Source of the DNA: Anaeramoeba ignava BMAN
Lineage: Eukaryota; Protista; Anaeramoebae
NCBI GenBank assembly: GCA_028826165.1
Contig: JAPDFW010000074.1
Span: 62,001 to 126,000, forward strand
DNA: 64,000 nt
Direction: 5' to 3'
Position numbers and translations under genes: made by a program. The notes below the pieces were generated by a model. That model was not told where the DNA came from and made no database searches. It saw nothing but the letters and a program-made list of their open reading frames with translations. This document shows, piece after piece, positions 49,440 through 61,262 of this stretch. How positions within the stretch are numbered: the stretch's first letter is position 1; the number at the start of each line of letters is the position of its first letter.

Positions 49440-52400
49440 TTAATCAAAAAGTAATTGGATAATTTCTGAGATTTTCATTTTTGAAACATAAGCATTATTA
49501 ATTTTCATTCCTAATCCAGCAGAACCAATAACAATCCCACCTACAAAAATATCATTTTGGAAATAAAGACGAACAAAACTATTCTTTGAAAGATTATGAT
49601 CAAAAAATATTCTTGAATTTGAATCCAAACTTGAAGGGATTGATCCAATTCCAAACAAATTGATACCAAAAGTAGTCAAAGAATAAAAAGGAGCTTGAGA
49701 AAATTTTGAGTCTTTAAATCCAATCGAAACATTTCCAGCAATTTTTCCTTGAGACATTGCATGATTCCAATTTGAAAGAATTGTGCCGTTAAATTCAGCA
49801 CAATCACCACAAGCCAAAACATCTTTAAATGAGGTTTCCATAAATTCATTTACAATAATTCCGTTGTTTGTTTGGATATTAAGCATTTTTGCTAGTTCAA
49901 GATTAACAGAAGTTCCAACTGCATAAAACACAAAATCGCAAGGGATTTGAGAAGATGAATTCGATTCGTTATCTTTGAGATTGACTTTTGTAATAAGATC
50001 ACCATTTTTCTCAAAGCTTGTGACTGATGTATTAAGAATTAAATTGATTTGACGTTTTTTGAGAATTAGGGACAAAAATTCCGAACTTTCTTTATCAGTG
50101 ATTTTGTTTAGAATTTGAGTTGATCTTTCAAGAACTGTGATGTTTTTGATTCCCATTTCTTGGAGACATTCTGCCATTAAAATACCAAGAAGACCACCTC
50201 CAATAATAGCTGGTGTTGATACTTTGTTTTTTCCCATAAATTCCTTAATGTTTTGAATATCTTGAAGATTTCTTAATCCGAAAATGTTTTTGGATGTTTT
50301 TGAATCGGGAAAAGGAGAAATAATTGAAGATCCAGTTGCCAAAATGAGTTTATCATATTTAATTTTTTTTGTTTTTCCTTGAGAATTTTGAACTGTAATT
50401 TCTTTTGGATCAGCTTTTGCACTGATTACTTTTGTGTTGAGAAGAAGTGTAACGTTATTTAAGTTGAACCAAAAGGTTGTAAGAATGTAAAAATTGAGAT
50501 CTTTAGAATATTCATCATCTTTGAGGTATTTTAAAAGAGATGGTCGATAATATGGAAGTACTTTTTCTTCTGAAATAAATATTAGTTTTGTCCGAAAACT
50601 TGATTCTCGAATTGTTTTGACTGCTTCAACACCTGCTGCACCTGCTCCAACAACAACTATAGTTCCTTCATATTCTGAAGTTTTTGTTTGAACTTTTACT
50701 TCTTCTTCCAAAACAAATGCGTCTTCTTTGGCTAAATAATTAAATCAAGATTAAATCAAAATTAAATCAATATTAAATCAAGATTAAATCAATATTAAAT
50801 CAAAATTAAATTAAAATTAAATCAAAATTAAATCAATATTAAACCAATATTAAATCAATATTAAATCAATATTAAATCAAAATTAAATCAAAATTAAATC
50901 AAAATTAAATCAATATTAAATCAATATTAAATCAAAATTAAATCAATATTAAATCAAAATTTAATCAATATTAAATCAAAATTAAATCAATATTAAATCA
51001 ATATTTAATCAATATTAAATCAAAATTAAATCAAAATTAAATCAATATTAAATCAATATTAAATCAAAATTAAATCAATATTAAATCAAAATTAAATCAA
51101 TATTAAATCAATATTAAATCAAAATTAAATCAATATTAAATCAAAATTAAATCAATATTAAATCAAAATTAAATCAATATTAAATCAAAATATTAAATTA
51201 AAATTAAATCAAAATTTAATTAATATTAAATCAAAATTAAATCAATATTAAATCAAAATTAAATCAAAAATTAAATTAATATTAAATCAATATTAAATCA
51301 AAATTAAATCAATATTAAATCAATATTAAATCAATATTAAATCAATATTAAATCAATATTAAATCAATATTAAATCAATATTAAATCAAAATTAAATCAA
51401 AATTAAATCAAAATTAAATCAAATTAAATCAAAAAAATCAAAATATTAAATCAAAATATTAAATCAAAATTAAATCAAAAATTAAATCAAAATTAAATCA
51501 ATATTAAATCAATATTAAATCAATATTAAATCAATATTAAATCAATAAAAATCAAAAATTAAATCAAATTAAATCAAAATTAAATTAAATCAATATTAAA
51601 TCAATATTAAATCAATATTAAATCAATATTAAATCAAAAATTAAATCAAAATTAAATCAAAATTAAATCAATATTAAATCAAATTAAATCAAAATTAAAT
51701 CAAAATTAAATCAAAATTAAATCAATATTAAATCAAAAATTAAATCAATATTAAATCAAAAATTAAATCAATATTAAATCAAAATTAAATCAATATTAAA
51801 TCAATATTAAATCAATATTAAATCAAAATTAAATCAAATGGTCCCCAAATCAATATTAAATCAAATATTAAATCAAAATTAAATCAATATTAAATCAATA
51901 TTAAATCAATATTAAATCAAAATTAAATCAAAAATTAAATCAATATTAAATCAAAATTAAATCAAATTAAATCAATATTAAATCAATATTAAATCAAAAT
52001 TAAATCAAAAATTAAATCAAAATTAAATCAAAAATTAAATCAATAATAAATATTAAATCAAAAATTAAATCAAAATTAAAATCAAAAATTAAAATCAATA
52101 TTAAATCAATATTAAATCAAAAATTAAATCAATATTAAATAAATATTAAATCAAAAATTAAATCAAAATTAAATCAATATTAAATAAATATTAAATCAAA
52201 AATTAAATCAAAAATTAAAATCAAAATTAAAATCAATATTAAATCAATATTAAATCAAAATTAAATCAATATTAAATAAATATTAAATCAATATTAAATC
52301 AAAATTAAATCAATATTAAATCAAAATTAAATCAAAATTAAATCAAAATTAAAATCAATATTAAATCAAAATTAAATCAAAATTAAATCAATATTAAATC

Positions 52401-54470
52401 AAAATTAAATCAATATTAAATCAAAATTAAATCAATATTAAATCAAAATTAAACCAAAATTAAACCAAAATTAAATCAATATTAAATCAATATTAAATCA
52501 ATATTAAATCAATATTAAATCAAAATTAAATAAATATTAAATCAATATTAAATCAATATTAAATCAAAATTAAATCAAAATTAAATCAAAAATAAATCAA
52601 TATTAAATCAATATTAAATCAAAATTAAATCAATATTAAATCAATATTTAAATCAAAATTAAATCAAAATTAAATCAATAATAAATCAATATTAAATCAA
52701 TATTAAATCAATATTAAATCAATATTAAATCAATATTAAATCAAAATTAAATCAATATTAAATCAATATTAAATCAAAATTAAATCAATATTAAATCAAT
52801 ATTAAATCAATATTTAATCAAAATTAAATCAAAATTAAATCAAAATTAAATCAATATTTAATCAATATTTAATCAATATTAAATCAATATTAAATCAATA
52901 TTAAATCAATATTAAATCAATATTAAATCAAATTTAAATTAAAATTAAATCAATATTAAATCAATATTAAATCAATATTTAATCAATATTAAATCAATAT
53001 TAAATCAAAATTAAATCAATATTAAATCAAAATTAAATCAAATTTAAATTAAAATATTAAATCAAATTTAAATTAAATCTAAATATTACCTCCACAAGCA
53101 GGGCAATAAGTAGGTGGAAGAACAGAATAAACATACTCGCCACAAACAATACACCTCCATTTTCTCAATTTCCCATCATTAGCAACATTCAATCTCTTTT
53201 TGGAAACAGCAACAGAAGGAAGATCCTTTCTTTCATCAATAGATTGGTCTCCAGTAACAGCAAGACCAAAACGACGACCCCAATCATAGCATTTTTTAAG
53301 ATCTTCTTCAGAAGGTTTGAATTTTATAGTAAGGGGTTTTAAAGGGGTCGTAAAATTGACTTGTTGAAAACGTTGGTCAATATTCTTAGTAGCTTCACCA
53401 GACCAACCATAAGAACCAAAAGAACCCCCAATTTTATTTTTATGAGTATTTGGATTAAGTTCGAGAATAAGTTCCCAGATCTTCTTTGGAGCATCACCAA
53501 CAAGAGTAGGAGATCCAATAAGAATTCCTTTTGCGGTTGAAAATTCTGATAAGATTCGATTTTTATCAACAGAAACAACATCCAAAATATGACATAACGG
53601 ACCTGAATCTTCAACACCCTGTGCAATGTGATTTGCCATTTCTTGTGTATATCCGTAAATAGAAGTGTATACAATCACAACCTTTTCAATCTGCATTTTT
53701 TCTTTTGACCATCTTGCATATCTTTTGATTGCTTCTTGATAATCATCAGCTAGCAAAGGTCCGTGTGAACAGCACACCATTTTGATGGGGAGTTTTTCAA
53801 ACAAAGCCAAAGCTGCACGGACATATTTTTTAAAAGGCATAAAAATTGTGTAGAAATAATATTTAAAAGAGTCCCAATATTCCTGTTTTTGCTGTTGATT
53901 TGTGATCGAGTGAGAAAAGATCATATCTTTTTTATAAAAATGCGATCCCAAAAAATCACAAGTAAAAACAGCTCCATTCTCCTTGCAAAACGTCACCATT
54001 GTATCAGGCCAATGAAGGAAAGGAAGTGGGAAAAATTCTAACGTTAACGTCCCTAATTCAATTATATCCCCCTTTTTTGCTGTCATACTTTTAAAATCAG
54101 ATTTGTTCCAAATTTCCTTAATATTTGCAAGTGCGGTTCTTGTTCCCACAATTGTAGCTTCTGGGAAGTGTTCCTGAAACAATTTAAAAGAAGATCCAGT
54201 GTGATCTGGCTCAGTATGTGAATGGATTATGTAGTCAATTTTGCGACCTTTTGGAAGTGCTTGTTGAATTTTTGATAAATGTTCTTGATAAGTTTTTTTC
54301 CCATCTTTTACTGATTCAAATAGTGCTATTTTTTCTTTTCCAATAACTAAAAAGGAATTGTATGTTGTTCCAAAAGGTGCTCGTTTATCAAGATCGAAAA
54401 ATTCAAATTCAGGATCAACTGCTCCAACTGAAAAAACATTTGGTAATATTTCTATTGGTTTGAATTCCAT
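49440..54470 (-). CDS. Class F flavodiiron protein: metallo-beta-lactamase diiron + flavodoxin + short-spaced rubredoxin + NAD(P)H:rubredoxin oxidoreductase fusion (890 aa, 2 exons)
   Basis: Exons 54470-53090 and 50731-49440 join in phase 1 (CPACG-A-KEDAFVLEE). Diiron ligand motifs HTEPDH, LHWPD, TCDFLG, SHGP; flavodoxin 'TSIYGYT', 'GSYGWSGE'; C-x2-C-x12-C-x2-C; reductase motifs GAGAAG, GGGLLG, ACGDCAE. Confidence 0.93.
50740..53075. repeat. Intronic 11-bp satellite (ATTAAATCAAW)n, ~2.3 kb
   Basis: Fills the single intron (50732-53089) of the flavodiiron gene. Confidence 0.92.
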
Positions 54471-54882
54471 TGTTTTGTTTTATCTTTATTGATATTGATT
54501 ATGATTATTTTTTTTTAATTAAATTTGATCTTTTTTATTTTTTAATTTTATTTTTTATTTTTATTTTTATTTTTAATTTTAGATTTTGGGGTGTTTTTTG
54601 GATTTCTTTTTAATTATAAAAAACAAACTTTGTTTTGTTTTAGAAAATACAAAAAAATGAAAATGAAAATGAAAAAAATGAAAAAAATGAAAATGAAAAA
54701 AAATTTATAAAAAAAAAAGAAATCCCCCAAAAAAAAAAACAACAAACCAAAAGAAAAAATAAAAATAATCAATAAATTAATTATTTATTAATTATTTATT
54801 AATTATTTATTAATTAATTCTTAATTCGATTTTTTGATTTTTATTCTTTTTGATCAAAAGAAAAAAAGAAAAAAAGAAAAAT

Positions 54883-56985
54883 TTATTTTTTTTTTGGAAA
54901 GTTAAAATAATTGATATAATGATCAACAACCAATTTCAAAATTTCTCTTTTTTCCTCAGGATTTTCATAAGCAAGATCATAAAGACGACACAAATTATAA
55001 ATTATAGGTTCATGAACATTTTGATTAGGATTTTTTCTGATGAAATCTTCCAAAATTGTGATAGCTTTTTCTAGTTTAGCAGTATATAAGAACATTAAAG
55101 CAAGATTATTAATAGCAACAGCATTATCAGGATCTCTTTCACAAATTTCCTGAAAAAAATCTTTTGCTTTTGAAAATTTTCCGTTAGAAATTTCAAGAAA
55201 ACCTGAATTCATTTTTGAATAAAGACTTCCATAACTAGTTAATTTTTCGACTTCTTTAAAAATCAATCTTGCGGAATTTGAATCACCAGATTTCAAGAAG
55301 ACTCTTCCCAAAGTTGAGAGAAGCATTGGATCCTTAGGCCATTTGAGGTAAATATCATGAAGATGTCTGATTGCTAGTTCATAATTTTGTTGAATTATAT
55401 GGTAGTTAATAATTATGAATAAAACGCGTTGTTCTCGTTTTTCAAGAACAGAAAGATAATCTATTGCTTGTTTTGAGTTTTCAAATGATTCCAGTGTGTC
55501 TGGAATGTCGTGGAATGTTTCTTCGATATCAATTTCAGAGAATTTTTGAATAACGTCTTTTTGAGGACTAAATTCTGTGTTTAAATATTTTGTTTCTGGT
55601 TCGTTTCTTCCTTCAGGTAATATCCCTCCAAGTTTCACTATTTGTGTTTTTGTTGTTACTATTTCTCGTATGCATAAACTGTGAATTTGATATAGATTGT
55701 GGATTGCTGATTGGGTGTTATTTTGGAAATGTGGAAATTCAGCTGCGAAAATTCTTAGTGAAAATGGAACAAAGCTTCCTTTATATTTTTAAATTCAATT
55801 CAATTTTAATTTAATTCAATTTGATTTAAAATTGATTTTAATTTAAATTTAATTTTGATTTTGATTTTGATTTAAAATTGATTTTAATTTTGAATTTTAA
55901 TTTTGATTTTGAATTTAATTTAATTCAATTTTAATTTAATTCAATTCAATTTAATTTTGAATTTATTTTGATTTTGAATTTAATTTTGATTTTGATTTTG
56001 ATTTTGAATTTTAATTCAATTTAATTTGATTTTGAATTTTGATTTTAATTTTGATTTTGATTTTGATTTTGATTTTGATTTTGATTTTAATTTTGATTTT
56101 AATTTTAAATTTAATTTTAATTTTGAATTTAATTTGATTTTGAATTTAATTTGATTTTGAATTTGAATTTGATTTTGAATTTGAATTTGAATTTTGATTT
56201 TGAATTTGATTTTGATTTTGAATTTTGATTTTGATTTTGAATTTTAATTCAATTTAATTTGATTTTGAATTTTGATTTTAATTTTGATTTTGATTTTGAT
56301 TTTGATTTTGATTTTGGTTTTGATTTTGATTTTAATTTTGATTTTAATTTTTGAATTTAATTTGATTTTAATTTTAATTTTGAATTTAATTTGATTTTGA
56401 ATTTTGAATTTAATTTGATTTTGAATTTGAATTTAATTTAAATTTTGAATTCATTTGATTTGGAATTTAATTGTAGATAATTTTACCTTTTTTATTTGGA
56501 TATTTTTGTGGATAATTTTCATAACGAAAAGTAGCAGAATTCAAATCTCCAATTTTTTTAAGAGTTTCAGCAGCTTGTTCAATAAGACGAAGTTGCCTCA
56601 AACCAATTAATTGACATAATTTGACTTGAAGGTCTTGACGTAAATCATCATAAGAAAGAAGAAGAGTAAGATGAACCATGTCTTTCCAGTTTTTGTCTCT
56701 CTTAAAAATTAAAATTAAAATTAAATATTAAAATTAAAATTAAAATTAAAATTAAAATTAAAATTAAAATTATTATTAAAATTCATTTATAAAATTAAAA
56801 TTAAAATTAAAATTAAAATTAAAATTTATATTTTCTATTATTTATACTGCAAGTATTTCAATTCCATCAATAGAATTAGGAACATCTTCCCTTTTTTTAA
56901 CTGATAATTTTTCTGGTGGTTTTTGTGATTCAAAAAATATAGAAAGTGCAGATTCAGTTGTAATTTTTCTTTGTTCTTGTTGCAT
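54883..56985 (-). CDS. TRAPPC12: TRAPP complex subunit 12 (TTC15/TRAMM), TPR protein, 3 exons
   Basis: Exons 56985-56848, 56700-56487, 55778-54883. Spliced signature 'GDLNSATFRYENYPQKYPNKKGSFVPFSLRIFAAEFP'; C-terminal TPRs 'AVAINNLALMFLY', 'IIYNLCRLYDL'. Confidence 0.88.
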
Positions 56986-57212
56986 TTGAAAAAAATGAAA
57001 AAATGAAAAAATGAAAAAATGAAAATTAAAATTAAAATTAAAATTAAAAATTAAAATTAAAAATTAAAATTAAAATTAAAATTAAAATGAAAATTAAAAT
57101 TAAAATTTAAAAATTAAAATTAAAATTAAAAATGAAATTAAAATTAAAATTAAAATTAAAATTAAAATCAAAATTAAAATCAAAATTAAAATTATTTTAG
57201 TTAAATTTTTTC

Positions 57213-58769
57213 TTAATCTTTATTCCATTTTTCCATTAAAGAATCCGAAATTGACATCAATTCATTATTCTCATTTGTAACTTCCTCTAATTCTTTCTTA
57301 ACACTACTCTCTTCTTGATCCACTTTCAATAAATTTGCACGCATTAAAGCAATATCAGCATTAATTTTTTGATTAACACTTTGAAGTTCACGTTTAATTT
57401 CTTCAATTTTTTGATTTGCTTCAATTAGTTTTTTTTCAACAAACTCTTTAAACATTGTATATTTAGTTATACTATTTGAAATTTGTGTTTTAAATTTCTT
57501 CTCAATTGCTTGGAGTTGAGTAATATTTTTAACTAAATTTTCATGAGCTTCATTAAGTTCTTGATATTGTTGATTTAATTCTTCATAAGAAGATTCAATA
57601 ATTTTAAGTTCTGCTTTTTTTTGTTGTTCATTTTCATGATTGTCTTGTTTGACTTGTGCCATTCTGCGGATCTTTTGCTCATATAAATCAATCTCTTCTT
57701 GTAAATCTCGACGATGTTTTGCGTCGTTAAAGAAAGTCCGTTTCATTTCCTCAATTTTTTCCGTTAAAAATTTGATTTTTTTTGGTTTATCTGTGATTTT
57801 ATTTGCTTCAACAAGAATAAAATCAGCATCAAATTCTTTTGTGTTTTCTTGGAATTTTGAGGAGATATTAATATTAGGTTTGCGATCATATTTTTCAACT
57901 CCAATATTTCGGGGTTTTTGAGGTGTTTTAATTTCCAAACTATTTTTTGTTTTTGGGAATTTTTTCATGTCAAAATTTAATTCATTTTCAATTGGATCAT
58001 TTTTTATGTCAAAATTTAATTCATTTTCAATTGGGTCATTTGACTCATCAATAGAATGGTCAAGAGAAGAGTTATTAATATCATCGGTATTATCATCCTC
58101 CTTTGTCTCAGTCTCCTGGAAATGTTCTATTTCTTGGTTGTCAGATTCTGTGGGTTTTTCCTGTTGATTTTTAACAGAAATATGAGTAACTTCTTCAATT
58201 ATGTCAAAATTTGGATCGTTTTCAAATTCATCATCAGAAGGATCATAATTTGTTGTTGGTTCAAAGTCCTCTGTATATTCATAAAGGGTGCCATCTTCCG
58301 GTTCATCTGCACGGTATTGTTCCTCCATTTGTGTATCGGTTTCTTGATCATATTGTTGGTCTTCGTCATTGTCATCTCGATAAGTTTCTTGATTATCATC
58401 ATCATAATCTTGAGTTTCGACATCATAATCAGGATTTTCAGCCTGTGTTTCGTCGTCTTCATAATCCTCATATTCTTGATCTTGGCCTAAATTGTCATCT
58501 TCGTAATTTTGAGTATCATAATCTTCGTCTGTTTCATTTTCTTCAATATATTCGTTTTCTGAATCATTTTCATTTTCATTTTCATTTTCATTTTCATTTT
58601 CATTTTCATTTTCATTTTCATTTTCATCATTTTCATCTTCATTTTCATTTTCATCTTCATCTTCATTTATTTGAGTGTTTAATTGGTTTATTGCTTGTTT
58701 TTTCTTGTTTATTTCTTCTAAAAAATTTGATAATCTTCGATAACGTTCTTGTTGATCTTTTCCAGCCAT
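57213..58769 (-). CDS. TACC-domain (transforming acidic coiled-coil) protein
   Basis: Highly acidic N-half and a C-terminal coiled coil ending 'LIEANQKIEE..ALMRANLLK..KKELEEVTNENNELMSISDSLMEK', matching the TACC C-terminal pattern. Confidence 0.7.
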   Translation of the reverse strand: MAGKDQQERYRRLSNFLEEINKKKQAINQLNTQINEDEDENENEDENDENENENENENENENENENENDSENEYIEENETDEDYDTQNYEDDNLGQDQEYEDYEDDETQAENPDYDVETQDYDDDNQETYRDDNDEDQQYDQETDTQMEEQYRADEPEDGTLYEYTEDFEPTTNYDPSDDEFENDPNFDIIEEVTHISVKNQQEKPTESDNQEIEHFQETETKEDDNTDDINNSSLDHSIDESNDPIENELNFDIKNDPIENELNFDMKKFPKTKNSLEIKTPQKPRNIGVEKYDRKPNINISSKFQENTKEFDADFILVEANKITDKPKKIKFLTEKIEEMKRTFFNDAKHRRDLQEEIDLYEQKIRRMAQVKQDNHENEQQKKAELKIIESSYEELNQQYQELNEAHENLVKNITQLQAIEKKFKTQISNSITKYTMFKEFVEKKLIEANQKIEEIKRELQSVNQKINADIALMRANLLKVDQEESSVKKELEEVTNENNELMSISDSLMEKWNKD

Positions 58770-58895
58770 TTTTAATAATAATTTATTTTTAATTTATTTT
58801 TCTTTTTTTTAAATAAAAAAAATACAAAAAGAAAAAAATGAAAAAAATGAAAAAAATAAATTTCATTTTTTTTTTCTTTTCTAAAAAATTATAAA

Positions 58896-60716
58896 ATGTC
58901 TTCACATAAAAAAAAACTTTCAAGAAAAAAGAAAAAAAGACCAAAATCTATAAAAAAGAAGATAAAAAGCAAAGAAAAAATCAATAGAAACAATATAAAC
59001 AAAAATATAAATAAAAATATAAATCAAAATATAAATGAAAATATAAATCAAAATATAAATCAAAATATAAATCAAAATATAAATCAAAATATAAATCAAA
59101 ATATAAATCAAAATACAAATGAAAATATAAATCAAAATATAAATCAAAATATTAATCAAAATATAAATGAAAATATAAATGAAAATATAAATGAAAATAT
59201 AAATCAAAATATAAATCAAAAATATAAATCAAAAATATAAATCAAAAATATAAACAAAAAATATTAAAAAATAAATGGAAAATAAATGGAAATATAAAAA
59301 ATATAAATCAAAAATATAAATCAAAAATAAATGGAAATATAAATGGAAATATTAATGAAAATATAAATCAAAATATAAATCAAAATATAAATCAAAAATA
59401 TAAATCAAAATATAAATGGAAATATAAATCAAAATATAAATGGAAATATAAATCAAAATATAAATCAAAAATATAAATCAAAATATAAATGAAAATAAAA
59501 AATCAAAATATAAATAAAAATAAAATATAAAATGAAATATAAATGAAAATATAAATCAAAATATAAATCAAAATATAAATCAAAATATAAATGGAAATAT
59601 AAATCAAAATATAAATGGAAAAATATAAATCAAAATATAAATCAAAATATAAATCAAAATATAAATCAAAATATAAATCAAAATATAAATCAAAATATAA
59701 ATGAAAATATAAATGAAAATATAAATGAAAATATAAATCGAAATATAAATGAAAATATAAATGAAAATATAAATGAAAATATTAATGAAAATATAAGTGA
59801 AAATATAAGTGAAAATATAAATCAAAATATAAATGGAAATATAAATGAAAAAACTATCACTTTTGATAGAATTCGTTATTCAAAAAATCAACTTCTTGAA
59901 TTTTATACTGGAAAAGAACCAAAACCTACTCAATTTTTTCATTATAATCCTATTACAAGTTCTGAAAAACTTATTCCAGTTAATTTTTTAACAAATGGTT
60001 TTTCATATGAAGAAATAAATAGTCATCAATATTCTTTTCAAAAACGAACAGAACAAACTTTTTTTAATAAAAATAAAGAAGAAGAAATGGAAGAAATTAA
60101 GAAGATGAATTTTGATATTAATTTAAAAAAAGATTTAGAAAATGAAAAGCAAATAGAAGAAGAAATGTTAAGTAAAATGTTAAATATGATGCTTGAAAAT
60201 AATCAACAAAATAATCAACAAAATATTCAAAATAATATTGAAAAAAATATTCAAGAAAATATTGAAGAAAATATTGAAAATAATATTCAAGATCTTTATT
60301 GGGAATTTATTGATTTAAAAGGCAAAATTCAAGGTCCTTTCCCTCAAAAACAAATGCTTAAATGGACTCAAAAAGGAATTTTAAAACCATCTTTACTTTC
60401 TCGTCATTCAAATGAATCTCATTTTTTTCCTCTTTGTTGTTTTTTCCCAGATTTTTCAAAAGCATTCATTTCCGATCCAAAAAAAACAAATACAGGAAAT
60501 AATCAACAACAAAAAAATCCGTTTCCATTTCCACAATCAATTTTGCCATTAATTTTCCAAATACGTCCGTTAGAAAAAGAAATCAATCAAAAAGAAATCC
60601 ATAATGAACCAATTGTTCCTATTCTTCAACAAGAAAATTTAAAACCTTCTTTTTTTCCAACTCCAAGATTTCCCAATATTCAACCTCCTTTTCTTCCTCA
60701 AAATAATCGAAAATGA
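58896..60716 (+). CDS. GIGYF-like protein (eIF4E-binding motif + GYF domain); frame broken within the NINQ repeat
   Basis: 'RYSKNQLLEFY' (59874-59906) is in frame with the GYF domain 'WEFIDLKGKIQGPFPQKQMLKWTQKGIL'. ATG 58896 follows a TCATTTT motif, but its link to the downstream frame is uncertain. Confidence 0.65.
58990..59850 (+). repeat. 12-bp repeat (AATATAAATCAA/AATATAAATGAA)n, NINQ/NINE-coding
   Basis: About 860 bp, with several 1-nt indels in the central part. Confidence 0.9.
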
Positions 60717-61262
60717 ATTAAAATTAAAATTTTAATTTTTTTTTTTTTTAATTTTTTTTTTTGCTTTTTTTTATTTCAAATTTAATTTAAAAAAAATTAA
60801 AAAAAAAGAAAAGATCTTTAATTATTTTTTAAATTGAAAAAATAACCATCTTTATTTTTTTTATTCTTTTTTTTTTCCTTTTTAAAAAATAATTTGATCA
60901 GTTGAAATAAAAAAATAAAAAAAGAAAAAAATAAAAGAAAAAAAGAAGAAAGAAGAAAAAAAAATTTTTCTCTTTGTGTCTGATTTCTTTTTTTTTTTTA
61001 ATTGATAATAAAATTATTAATTGTTATTTAAAAATTATTAATTATTATTTAAAAATTATGATGTCAGCCTTCTTTTTATTATTTTTCCTAATCTTTTTTT
61101 TTTTAAAAATTTCAATCAAAGTCAATCGTAATTTTAAAATAAAAACATTTTCAAAATAAGATTGTCTTGTTTTGTTTTTTTAAAAATTTTTTATTAAAAA
61201 ATTAAAATTCATTTTTTCTTTTTTTTTTCTTTTAATTTGTTTATTTGTTTTTAGTTTTGAAA

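Noticed and set aside
49440-54470. Bacterial contamination or a two-gene operon (fprA + reductase)
   Set aside because: The halves join through a phase-compatible GT-AG intron, share host composition and codon polarity, and are flanked by eukaryotic genes.
8450-56480. Strict rule that intronic satellites are A-rich on the sense strand
   Set aside because: Counter-examples exist: the carboxypeptidase, flavodiiron and two C2-MUN introns are T-rich on the sense strand.
58056-58792. Overlapping antisense ORFs (144 and 193 aa) opposite the TACC gene
   Set aside because: They are explained by GAT/GAA-rich acidic codons that lack stops on the opposite strand; no domain signal.
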